This document shows positions 48,300-58,340 of a stretch of 64,000 nucleotides of DNA, piece by piece. The notes beneath the pieces are model-generated. The model was not told the origin of the DNA and did no database searches. It saw only the letters and a list, made by a program, of their open reading frames with translations. The position numbers and the translations under genes are program-made. The stretch's first letter is position 1. Every line of letters begins with the position of its first letter. The stretch is from Candidatus Eiseniibacteriota bacterium (lineage in GTDB: Bacteria > Eisenbacteria > RBG-16-71-46 > CAIMUX01 > VGJL01), in assembly GCA_963792585.1 (NCBI GenBank), contig CAWBWI010000001.1, positions 1,344,001-1,408,000 of the forward strand, in the 5' to 3' direction.

Positions 48300-49115
48300 T
48301 CGCGCACCCCCTCCCAGTCGACACGGGATCCGTCGAATACGGGACCGTCGCTGCAGACGAACGCATAGCGGCCGAACGGGTCGTCCGTCACCCGCCTTCA
48401 TGGGGATCGCGCAACCGGCACAGAGTCCCGTTCCACAGCCGAAGACCGTCTCGACGCTCACCTGGGACGGAAGTCCGATCGACCCGCAGCGCGCGCTGAG
48501 TGCAGCGAGCATCGGCGTCGGACCGCAGCTGTAGACGACACTCGCGTCAGGTCTGATCACGCCCCGGCGGATCAGATCGTCGAACAGGTCGATCACGGTG
48601 CCGCGCGAACCGACGGAGCCGTCGAGGGTGACCCGGTGGACGGGGTAAGGGCTCTCCTCCGTCGGAAAGATCGCGGCTTCGTCACGGGCGCCGTACAGGA
48701 AGAGACCGGTCGGCCGTGCGCCGACAAGTTCCTCGGCGAGCAGCAGCAGCGGGGCGACTCCGCGCCCTCCGGCCACGAGGATCGGCGTCCGCCCCTGCAC
48801 GGGAAGAAACGGCCGGCCGAGCGGGCCGATGATCTCCACGCACTCGCCCTCGCGCCGAGCATCGAGCCAGGCGCTTCCCTCGCCCACGACCGAGAAGAGG
48901 ATCCCCAGCTCTCCCCCTTCCGACGTGACCTGCCACCGGCAGATGCTGAACGGCCGACGCAGACGGAAAGCGCCCGAGGGCTGGCATGCAATCTGTACGA
49001 ACTGGCCCGCGCGCGGCGGCGGGAATCCCGGTGGAACCCTCAGGTGAATCAGCGTGCCTGCCCGGCCGATGCGTCGAACACGGAGAACCCTCGACGTCGT
49101 CGATCCGGCGATCAC
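48296..49115 (-). CDS. pyrK: Dihydroorotate dehydrogenase electron transfer subunit; +1 indel near 48390 creates an apparent fusion to PyrD
   Basis: RRPFSI, GPLG, AGGRGVAP, CGP, CGTGLCAGC; the terminal VCSDGPVF is in a shifted frame. Confidence 0.88.
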
Positions 49116-51121
49116 GGGGTCCTCCCCTCCGGCATCGGATCGGGATTCGCCGGCGCGGCGGAGTCCGCGGGCGCGGACGAATCCCCAGGCGCGACCGAAT
49201 CCCCGGGCGCGACCGAATCCCCGGGCGCGGCCGAATCCCCGGGCGCAACCGAGTCCCCAGGCGCACCCAAGTCCCCAGGCGACGCGGGAGGTCCGTCGAG
49301 TCCACTCGTGTCGCCGGGCGCCGGGGTTCGCAGGTCGATATCCCGTATCTCCCGCGGCGGCGCGCTTCCCCTTCTGGGCAGCGTGATCGGTCTCGTCCCA
49401 AGGGAGTCCACGCGGACGCCGCTCGTGTCGGGGAACGCGATGGTCGTGTCTGCGGGGGCGCCGGCGGTCGCGGATGTGTCGGGACGCACAAGGAGCGAAT
49501 CAGGGGGCGCCGGGATCGTGTCGGCGACAACCGCACGCAGGAGCAAATGCAGTCCCGAAGTATCGGCCCCCTGAACCGCGAGCAGCCGGATCGCGCTTCG
49601 CGCGACCGTCGTCGCGGGGTAGCGCGCGACCAAGCTCCGGAATTCCTGCTGGGCGCCGAGGCTGTCGGCCTGCTTCTTCCACTGAACATATGCACGCGCA
49701 TAGGCCGCGCGGGGCGCGGCGCGGCTGTCGGGGAACTCTTCTTCCACCTTCCGGTACTGCGCGAGCGCCTCGTCGACGCGATCTCGATCGAGCAGGAGGA
49801 TCTCCGCGATCCTCAACGCCGCGGCGGCACGCGCCTCCGTCGCCGCATCCCCCGCCTGGGCCTGCGCCTCGAGCTGGATCTGGGACTTCAGGGCATCGGC
49901 GCGCTGGAGGGCCTGTTCCTTGAAAACGGAACGACCGGGCAGGGATCCGACCCGCTCGTACGCGATCCGCGCCGCCTCGAGGGAATCGAGGAGCGTCTCG
50001 TAGGTGTAGCCGATCTGAAATTGCGCCTCGACGGCGTAGTTACTCGATTGGTAGCGGGTCGTGACGTCCTTGAGAACCGAGATGGCCTGATCCGTCTTCC
50101 CGGTCTGGTTCAGCGCGGCCGCCTCCTGGAGGCGGAGTCGGGCAAGGTCGTCCGCGTTCGCCGGAGGCGTCGGGACGACCAGCGTCCGGGTCTGGATGTT
50201 CGTCTGCTGGGCCGTCCCCCCGGGATTCTGTTCCTCGTTGCGATCCGCGGGGTTCGCGTTCGGCGATTTGTCATCGACGGGGTTCACGTTGGTGTACGTG
50301 CCCGCGGGGTTCGTCGTCTCCGTCGCGAGCGGGACCGTCGCCTCCTTCGGGATCAGCCCTCGCACGAGAGACAACGCTTCCTCTCCGCGGCCGAGCCTCG
50401 TCAACGACTGCGCCTGCAGGACCGCGACGTCCACCCGTTTGCGTTCATCCCGCACCAACGGCAGGAGACGCCCGAAGGCGACGGACGCAGAGTCGAACTT
50501 CCCTTCGTCGAGGTAGATCTCGCCCGACCGCTGCAGCGCGTCCTGGACCCGACCGCTCTTCGGATAGGTCCGCACGAGCCGCATGTACTCCGAGATCGCG
50601 CCCGGACGGTCGTGACGGTCGGCGGCGACATTGCCCAGGGCGAAGACCACCTCGTCGCGCTTCTTGTATTTCGGGAACTCCGCAAGAACGCGATCCAGAT
50701 ATGCGGCAGCCTCGTCGTAGTTGCGGCGCCGCCACTCGATCAACCCGCTCAGGTGGATTCCGTCGGGCACCAGGTCGCTCTTGGGAAAGAGACGCTCGAG
50801 ATCGGCAACGCGGATCATCGCGCTGTCGTAGTCCCCTTTGCCGTAGTAGGAGGAGGACATCACGAACACCGCATCGTCGGCCCACCGGCTGTTCGGGTGA
50901 CGCTCGAGCACCTTGCGGCTCTGTGCGATCGCGATTTCGTAGCCGCGCACCGCGTCGGACGGGACCTTGTCCGTGGTGTTCTTGGCGACCGAGTTCTCCG
51001 CCATGCGGAAGTTCTTTCGCGCAAGGTAGAACGTGTTGAAGTAGGCACACCCCGTCGCGGCCACCAGCAGGAGCGGCACGCACGCCCGCCCGACCCAGCG
51101 CCGTCCCCGGGAAGTCATCAT
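49112..51121 (-). CDS. TPR-rich lipoprotein (BamD/PorW-SprE-like) with a low-complexity D-S/T tail
   Basis: Lipobox-like ATGC, AYFNTFY, HPNSRWADDA, many TPRs; 4-bp overlaps with pyrC and pyrK. Confidence 0.8.
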   Translation of the reverse strand: MMTSRGRRWVGRACVPLLLVAATGCAYFNTFYLARKNFRMAENSVAKNTTDKVPSDAVRGYEIAIAQSRKVLERHPNSRWADDAVFVMSSSYYGKGDYDSAMIRVADLERLFPKSDLVPDGIHLSGLIEWRRRNYDEAAAYLDRVLAEFPKYKKRDEVVFALGNVAADRHDRPGAISEYMRLVRTYPKSGRVQDALQRSGEIYLDEGKFDSASVAFGRLLPLVRDERKRVDVAVLQAQSLTRLGRGEEALSLVRGLIPKEATVPLATETTNPAGTYTNVNPVDDKSPNANPADRNEEQNPGGTAQQTNIQTRTLVVPTPPANADDLARLRLQEAAALNQTGKTDQAISVLKDVTTRYQSSNYAVEAQFQIGYTYETLLDSLEAARIAYERVGSLPGRSVFKEQALQRADALKSQIQLEAQAQAGDAATEARAAAALRIAEILLLDRDRVDEALAQYRKVEEEFPDSRAAPRAAYARAYVQWKKQADSLGAQQEFRSLVARYPATTVARSAIRLLAVQGADTSGLHLLLRAVVADTIPAPPDSLLVRPDTSATAGAPADTTIAFPDTSGVRVDSLGTRPITLPRRGSAPPREIRDIDLRTPAPGDTSGLDGPPASPGDLGAPGDSVAPGDSAAPGDSVAPGDSVAPGDSSAPADSAAPANPDPMPEGRTP
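49161..49286. repeat. Seven imperfect 18-bp tandem repeats (GAATCCCCGGGCGCGACC) encoding APGDS[VAS]
   Basis: Units start at 49161, 49179, 49197, 49215, 49233, 49251 and 49269. Confidence 0.9.
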
Positions 51122-52432
51122 CCGAAGAGTCCCGCCTCCGCATGGGTGACCCGACCCTCGGCGATCGTCATCAGGACCTTGCCCGGCAATGTTTCTCCCT
51201 CGAAGGGGCAGTTGCGGGACAGCGAGGAGAAGGCCTCCGCGCGCACGGTCCAGGTGGCCTCCGGATCGATCAGGGTCAGATCCGCCGGCCGTCCCTTCTC
51301 GATCCGCCCGCCACCCCAACCGACGATCGAGGCCGTCCGGCTCGACATTGCGTGGACGAGCGCGGGCCAGTCGAGGACCTGCGTCGACACGAGTTCGCGG
51401 ATACAGACCGAAAGCGAGGTCTCGAGGCCGATCACTCCGAACGAAGCCTGATCGAGTTCGCACTCCTTCCGCTCGAAGGGATGGGGCGCGTGGTCGGTGG
51501 CGATCACATCGATCGTCCCATCCCGCAACCCCTCCTTCAGCGCCTGGCGGTCATCCTCGCGGCGGAGCGGCGGGTTCATCTTGAAGCGCGCGTCGTAGGT
51601 GCGAAGCGATTCGTCCGTGAGGGCCAGGTAGTGGGGCGCGGTCTCCGCGCTCACCGGAATCCCCTCGGCCTTCGCGCGACGGACAAGGTCGACTCCTCCC
51701 GACGTGCTGACGTGGGCGATGTGCAGGCGCGTTCCCGTAAGACGGCAGAGGGCGATGTCGCGCGCGATCGCCGTCGTCTCGGCCTCCGCGGGAATCCCAC
51801 GAAGACCGAGGACCGTGGAAACAGTACCCCTCGTGCATCACGCCGGATCCCCGGAGCGCGCGGTCCTCGCTGTGGGAGATCAGGAGCATCCCGGCGGACT
51901 GCGCATACTCGAGCGCGCGGCGCATGACCGGGGCCGAATCCACCGGATGGCCGTCATCGGTCACGGCCATCGCGCCGGCCTCACGAAGCTCGCACATCTC
52001 GGTGATCTCGCGCCCCTCGAGCCCCTTCGTGATCGCCGCGGCGGGGATCACGACCGTCCCGCAGGCTTCGCGCGCCCTTTGCAGGATGAGGTCCACCACG
52101 CTGCGATTGTCGACAACCGGCTTGGTGTTGGGCATCGTAAGGACGTGGGTGAAGCCTCCGCGCGCCGCCGCCATGGCGCCGGTCGCGATCGTCTCGGCAT
52201 CCTCGTCGCCGGGCTCGCGGAAGTGGACATGCATGTCCTGGAGTCCGGGCGTCAGGATCCAGCCTTCCGCAGGGCGGACAAGGGCATCCACACCGGCCGG
52301 AAGCTTCGGTTCCATCGCCTCGATCTTCCCGGACCGGATCCACACGTCCCGTCGCTCGTCGATTCCGTTCTCCGGATCGACCACTCTCACCCCTAGCAGG
52401 ACGAAGCTCTGCGATGGCTTCGCGATCGTCAT
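51118..52432 (-). CDS. pyrC: Dihydroorotase; +1 G in the homopolymer at 51827-51830
   Basis: DMHVHFREPG, MPNTKP, HSED, ETAPHYL, KMNPPLR, ATDHAPH; removing one G restores HEGTVSTVLGLRGIP. Confidence 0.92.
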
Positions 52433-53393
52433 CCCCGGCCTCCCTCGTGGGCCGGCAGAAGGCCCGCCCCGTCCGTCTTCCCACCGCGCACGAGGAAGAG
52501 CACCGCCATCCGCACGGCGACCCCGTTGGTCACCTGGTCCAGGATCACCGACTCGCGGCCGTCGGCGACATCGGAGCCGATTTCCACGCCCCTGTTCATC
52601 GGACCGGGGTGCATGACGCGGACCCCCGGCGCGCAGAGCGCGAGGCGCTCCCGGGTGATTCCCCAGACCCGCGCGTACTCACGCAACGAGGGGAGGAAGC
52701 CCCCTTGCATTCGCTCGAGTTGCAGGCGCAGGACGTAGACGATATCCGCCCCGTCGAGACCCTCCTCGATCTTCGTCACCACGCGTACGCCGGTCCGCTC
52801 GATCTCCGCCGGCATCAGGGTGCTCGGTCCGACCAGCGTGACGTGGGCGCCGACGGTCTTCAGACCCCAGATGTCCGAGCGCGCCACGCGGCTGTGCGCG
52901 ATGTCGCCCACGATGGTCACCCGCAGACCCTCGAGGCGTCCGGTCACCTCGCGCATCGTGTAGAGGTCGAGCAGGCCCTGGGTCGGGTGTTCGTGTTGCC
53001 CGTCCCCCGCGTTGATGACGTGCCCGTCGATGTTGCGCGCGAGAAAGATCGGGGCGCCGGAGGAGCCGTGGCGCATGACGACGAGATCGACGCGCATCGC
53101 CTCGATGTTGCGAACGGTATCGGTGAGGGTCTCCCCCTTCGAGACCGAACTGCCTGCCGAGGCGAAGTTGATCGAGTCGGCCGACAGACGCTTCTCGGCG
53201 AGTTCGAAGGACAGCCGGGTTCTCGTGGAGGCCTCGAAGAAGGCGTTGCAGGTCGTCACGCCCTGGAGGGCGGGAACCCGCTTGATCGGGCGGTCGAGGA
53301 CCTCGCGGAACGTCGCGGCCGTATCGAGAATGTCCAAGACCTCCTCGCGACGTAGATCCTCCAGGCCCAGGAGGTGTTTGCGCGTGAAACCCA

Positions 53394-53394
<1 letters not shown>
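52429..53394 (-). CDS. pyrB: Aspartate carbamoyltransferase catalytic subunit
   Basis: FFEASTRTRLSFE, HEHPTQ, MHPGPMNRG. Confidence 0.97.
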
Positions 53395-53963
<569 letters not shown>

Positions 53964-53976
53964 CTAACGCTCACAG

Positions 53977-54004
53977 AAAAGCCTTCCGTCCGGTTGCGGA
54001 AGGC
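53977..54004 (-). terminator. Attenuator terminator in the pyrR leader
   Basis: GCCTTCCG-N8-CGGAAGGC followed by TTTT, between a TGG-TAGATT -10 (54115-54120) and the pyrR RBS. Confidence 0.7.
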
Positions 54005-54184
54005 CGCCGTCCCCGTCGGCGGGTTCGGGGCGCGTGCGTTCGATTCCCTGGGCATATGCGGGAGTTCGACTACCTCCTGAAGCGTCTGCTGGTGTCGGAG
54101 GACGATCGGAGAGTAATCTACCACGTTCGTCTGCGGGCGCCCAACCAGGAATCACGAATCCCGTCGAACGGGCAGGAGGTTTCC

Positions 54185-54829
54185 ATGCGGAATCGATCGA
54201 TTGCCCGGGCCGCGCTTCTCGGGCTCTTTCTGGCCGCGGCCGGGTCGCCCGCGCGGGCCGCCGAGACGCAACCCGGCGGGAGCAGTGGGGGCGCTCCGGG
54301 CGGCGCTCCGGTGGCGGAGTTGAGCCGGACGGATGACGGACTGCTGGCCGCCGGCCAGTCCGCCCCGGACTTCGCCCTGGCCGACGCGACCGGGCGTCCC
54401 GTCCGTCTGAAGGACCTGCGGGGCACTCCGGTGGTCCTCTACTTCTACCCGATGGACGACACGCCCGGCTGCACGAAGGAGGCTTGCGCATTCCGGGACG
54501 ACGCGGCCCGTTACGACTCCCTGGGAGTCCGCGTGATCGGGGTCTCCACGGACGATCCGGCATCCCACCGAGCGTTCGCGACGAAGCACAAGCTCCCCTT
54601 CACCCTCCTCGCGGATACCACCGGCGCGGTCGTCCGGCTCTACGGGACCGGAGTCGAGATCGAGCAGGCGGGAACGAAACGATGGATCGCAAACCGGGTC
54701 ACGTATCTCATCGACGCGGGTGGCGCGATCCGGCAAGTCTGGCCCAGGGTCAATCCGGTCGGCCACAGCACGGAGATTCTCGCGGCATGGGCGAAGCTCC
54801 CGCCGACGACCGTCAAGGGGCGCGATTAG
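54185..54829 (+). CDS. bcp: BCP/PrxQ peroxiredoxin with N-terminal signal peptide
   Basis: LYFYPMDDTPGCTKEAC; start MRNRSIARAALLGLFLAAAG...ARA; GGAGG RBS. Confidence 0.88.
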   Translation: MRNRSIARAALLGLFLAAAGSPARAAETQPGGSSGGAPGGAPVAELSRTDDGLLAAGQSAPDFALADATGRPVRLKDLRGTPVVLYFYPMDDTPGCTKEACAFRDDAARYDSLGVRVIGVSTDDPASHRAFATKHKLPFTLLADTTGAVVRLYGTGVEIEQAGTKRWIANRVTYLIDAGGAIRQVWPRVNPVGHSTEILAAWAKLPPTTVKGRD

Positions 54830-55610
54830 ACAGATCCGGCGCCGGCTCGTCCGCCCGGAGCTTCCCAGCCTCCGCGAGCAAGCGCAGGGAGCGCAGGCCC
54901 CGATAGCGGTCGATGTGGTAGGCGAGAAAGGCCTCGGCGATCTGCTCGAGTTCGCGGCAGGCGTCGGGGCCCGGGCTCCGGGGTAGGCTGCCCCCGCGGA
55001 GGCTCCGCAGCAGCCCAATCGTCTCCTCGCCGACCGGCATGGCCCCCGGCACCCGATCGGCACAGGAAGCGCAGAGCAATCCCCCCTCCGCAGGCCCGAA
55101 GGAGCGACCCTCGGGGCGCCCGCAGATCGAGCATCCCTCGATGCGCGGCGTATACCCCAACCAGCCCGCCACCCGGAGCTGGAATGCGCGCAGGATGTAC
55201 CCCAGACGCCCGGCGGGGGCGTCCTCCATCAGCGCCAAGGCACGTAGGGTCAGCCCGTAGATGTCCGGAACCGGCTCCACTTCCTCCAGGACGCGTTCGA
55301 GGAACTCCAGGGCGGCGCATCCGTGGTGATAGCGATCCGCCGACCGGAGGAGTTCTCGGTGCTCTCGCTCCAGGAATCCCTCCGAGATCATCTGCAGATC
55401 GCGCCCCGGGCGGTAGTAGACGATCATGGAGGAGACGCTCAGAATCTCCAGGGAAGCGCCGAAGCGGCTCTTCGGCTCTCGAACCCCCTTGGCCACCGCG
55501 CTGAACTTCCCGACCTCGCGTGAGAGAACGGTCACGACCCGACTCGTGTCCCCCAGGCGTAGATTGCGGAGGATCAGCCCTTCGAGGCTCAGGAGGGCCA
55601 CGAGTCCCAT
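54813..55610 (-). CDS. recO: DNA repair protein RecO
   Basis: GDTSRVV...AKGVR..KSRF, CSIC...CASC zinc finger. Confidence 0.92.
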   Translation of the reverse strand: MGLVALLSLEGLILRNLRLGDTSRVVTVLSREVGKFSAVAKGVREPKSRFGASLEILSVSSMIVYYRPGRDLQMISEGFLEREHRELLRSADRYHHGCAALEFLERVLEEVEPVPDIYGLTLRALALMEDAPAGRLGYILRAFQLRVAGWLGYTPRIEGCSICGRPEGRSFGPAEGGLLCASCADRVPGAMPVGEETIGLLRSLRGGSLPRSPGPDACRELEQIAEAFLAYHIDRYRGLRSLRLLAEAGKLRADEPAPDLSNRAP

Positions 55611-55692
55611 TTCCGGGGAGCGCGGGCGGCGCCAAAGCGTGTAGGCTTCATGGGACTAGGATACACCCGGCCGCACGGAGGAGGAGGGAGCG

Positions 55693-56775
55693 ATGATCGT
55701 AGTCCTTCGCAAGGGACACTCGGCGCAAGAGCTTGCCGAGGTCGTGCAGAGGATTGAGTCGCAGGGTTGCCGCCCCAACGTCAGTGTGGGGACGGAGGAG
55801 ACGATCATCGGCGTCGTCGGCGACACGAAACGCGTCGACGAGGGCCTCTTCACCGAGTTGCCTTGGGTCGAGCGGGCCGTACGCGTCTCGCGCCCGTACA
55901 AGCTCGTCGGCCGCGAGCACCAGCCGGCGCCGAAGAAGATCCGCGTCGGCGACCATGTCCTCGGCGATGGCGGCGTGGTGATCATGGCCGGTCCGTGCTC
56001 GGTCGAAGGGATGGACGCGCTCGTCCCCCTCGCCGAACAGTGCAAGGCAGCGGGAGCGCAGATGCTCCGTGGGGGCGCCTACAAGCCGCGCACCTCCCCC
56101 TACGCGTTCCAGGGCCTCGGCCTCGAGGGAATCCGCTGCCTCGTCGAGGCGCGACGGCGGACCGGGTTGCCGATCGTCACCGAGGCGACAGGCAATCACC
56201 ACCACCTCGGCCCCGACGGATCGCCCGAGAAACGGACCGTGCTCGAGGAGGTCGTCGCGAACGCGGATATCCTGCAGATCGGCACACGAAACATGAAGTC
56301 GTACGGCTTCCTCGAAGAGGTCGCGCGCATGACCGGAGAACGCAAGGTGCCCGTGCTCCTGAAGCGGGGCGAATCGGCCACCCTTGAAGAATTCCTCCTC
56401 GCGGCCGAGTACCTCGTCCTGAACGGCAATCCCGATGTGATCCTCTGTCTGCGCGGCCTGCGGGCCTTCGAATCGACGCGATTCCTTCGCTACCAGCCCG
56501 ACATCGGCGCGATTCCCGTCTTGAAGCACGAATCGAATCTGCCGATCGTCTTCGATCCTTCGCACGCGACCGGAGACCGACGGTACGTGCGGGCCGTCGC
56601 GCTCGCAGCGGTCGCCGCCGGGGCCGACGGGTTGCTCATCGAGACCCACCAGGACCCGGAGCATGCCTGGAGCGACGGCCAAGAGTGCATCACCCCGGCC
56701 GCTCTCGCGCGACTCGTGGAGGACGTTCGGGCAATGGAGGCCGTGCGGGCCCGCGAGGTCGTCTACCCGACCTAG
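55693..56775 (+). CDS. aroF: 3-deoxy-7-phosphoheptulonate synthase (type I-beta with N-terminal ACT-like domain)
   Basis: AGPCSVE, GGAYKPRTSPYAFQG, QIGTRNM, LLKRG, DPSHATG, SDG. Confidence 0.93.
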   Translation: MIVVLRKGHSAQELAEVVQRIESQGCRPNVSVGTEETIIGVVGDTKRVDEGLFTELPWVERAVRVSRPYKLVGREHQPAPKKIRVGDHVLGDGGVVIMAGPCSVEGMDALVPLAEQCKAAGAQMLRGGAYKPRTSPYAFQGLGLEGIRCLVEARRRTGLPIVTEATGNHHHLGPDGSPEKRTVLEEVVANADILQIGTRNMKSYGFLEEVARMTGERKVPVLLKRGESATLEEFLLAAEYLVLNGNPDVILCLRGLRAFESTRFLRYQPDIGAIPVLKHESNLPIVFDPSHATGDRRYVRAVALAAVAAGADGLLIETHQDPEHAWSDGQECITPAALARLVEDVRAMEAVRAREVVYPT

Positions 56776-56781
56776 GGTCGA

Positions 56782-58251
56782 TCAGTCATCCCAGCGCGCG
56801 ATGCCGGCCGCGGGGCGGTTGCCCACGGCATTGAACGTCCCGCCCAGATAGAGGCTGCCGCCGTAATCCGCCAGGGCGATTCCCGCGCGGTACCCCTGTC
56901 CGACGATTCCGATCCCGAGAGGTTGGAATACCGTTCCATCCCATGCCGCGATGTGGTTGGTGACGATCCCGCCGACGGTCTGGAAGCGCCCGGTGATGTA
57001 GAGCTTCCCTTCGTGCACGGTCATCGCACGAACCCCCGGATCGGTGAACGTCCCGCCGCTGATCTCGTCGAAGCTGTTCCAGGAGGCACCGTCCCAGCGG
57101 GCCAGATAGACGGCGGGGGCGCCGCCGAGAGAGTGGAACGTCCCCCCCGCATGCAGGACCCCTTCATACTCCGTCAGGGAGAGGACTCCCGCGAGGGCCT
57201 GCGCCGGTTCTTCCGTTCCGAATCCCATCGATTGCCAGCGCGTCCCATCCCATGAGGCGACATAGACCGCCGAATCGCCACCGGCGTGCTTGAAATAACC
57301 GCCCGCGATCAACTTCCCGTCATGGACGGCCAGCGCGTTGACCCAGTCGTCCATCCCCGCTCCAAGGGGCGTGAAGCCGTTGCCGTCGAAGCGGACGACG
57401 TAGTTCACCGTGTCTTCACCCGCCCGCCGGAATCCCCCCCCGATGATCAGATCGCCGTCGTAGACGGCGAGGGCGGCGACGGTGCCGTCGAGTTCGGTGC
57501 GCAACGCATCCCAGCGCGAACCGTCCCAGAAGGCGAGGTACATCGCCCGACTCCCCCCCGCGAGAGTGAAGGCGCCTCCGGCCGCGAGGCGATCGTCGTA
57601 TTCGGTCAGGGCGACCACGAAGCCGTTCGTTCCGCCGCCGAGCGCGGTCCATGAACTGCCACTCCAGGCCGCGATGTTCCCCGCCTGCACGCCGCCGGCG
57701 CGCGAGAATCCACCCCCGGCGATCAGTTGCCCTCCGAAGGGGGCGAACGCATAGACCGACCCATCCGTCCCCTGCCCGGCAGGGTAGGGCGCGAAGCCGG
57801 GCCACCAGGCGAGATCGGCGTCGCTCGCGAGCGTCGTCGCAATGGCGACATTCGACTCCGTAGAGGCGTTGTCCTTCTCATCGGCGACTTTGAGGAGGAA
57901 TCGGTAGGTGATGTTCGGCGCGAGCCCCGTCACCGTGAAGGTATCGAGCTGTCCGGCCTCTCTCGGGGACGGCTCCCCCGACGCGCGGGTCGACGCATCC
58001 CAGCGCGGGGTGGACGAGGTCGTGTACCGGACGTCGTAGACGGCTGCGGTGCCCGTGAGACTGTCATCGCCGACGGCCGTCCAGTTGAGGAGGACCGTCG
58101 TCGCTCCGGTGGTACGGGCCGCGAGGTCGATGATCGGTGCGGGGCGCGCGGAATCTTCCGTGCCGCTCGGGTTGTCATCCCCACAGCCGGTCACGATGAG
58201 CAGTCCGATCCCGACCGCGATGACGGCAATGCGAAGCACCAAACGGGCCAT
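56782..58251 (-). CDS. Lipoprotein with FN3 domain and a W-D-G repeat beta-propeller
   Basis: Lipobox VTGC; FN3 (LNWTA.GDD, VTGLAPNITY); seven GG.F...IA.WDG..W repeats. Confidence 0.85.
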   Translation of the reverse strand: MARLVLRIAVIAVGIGLLIVTGCGDDNPSGTEDSARPAPIIDLAARTTGATTVLLNWTAVGDDSLTGTAAVYDVRYTTSSTPRWDASTRASGEPSPREAGQLDTFTVTGLAPNITYRFLLKVADEKDNASTESNVAIATTLASDADLAWWPGFAPYPAGQGTDGSVYAFAPFGGQLIAGGGFSRAGGVQAGNIAAWSGSSWTALGGGTNGFVVALTEYDDRLAAGGAFTLAGGSRAMYLAFWDGSRWDALRTELDGTVAALAVYDGDLIIGGGFRRAGEDTVNYVVRFDGNGFTPLGAGMDDWVNALAVHDGKLIAGGYFKHAGGDSAVYVASWDGTRWQSMGFGTEEPAQALAGVLSLTEYEGVLHAGGTFHSLGGAPAVYLARWDGASWNSFDEISGGTFTDPGVRAMTVHEGKLYITGRFQTVGGIVTNHIAAWDGTVFQPLGIGIVGQGYRAGIALADYGGSLYLGGTFNAVGNRPAAGIARWDD

Positions 58252-58340
58252 CGAAGATCCCCTTTCCGTTCCACCCCGGCGTGCGTCTCCCCCGATTCAA
58301 GCACCCCGAGTGTCGAGGGGAAAGGAGGACTTGGACCGTC

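Noticed and set aside
47484..49115. 543-aa PyrK-PyrD fusion in the ORF track
   Set aside because: Artefact of a +1 indel near 48390; the true PyrK end (VCSDGPVF...) and an ATGA junction exist in another frame.
49161..49286. Repeat array as CRISPR
   Set aside because: Contiguous 18-bp in-frame coding repeats with no spacers, and no cas genes in the window.
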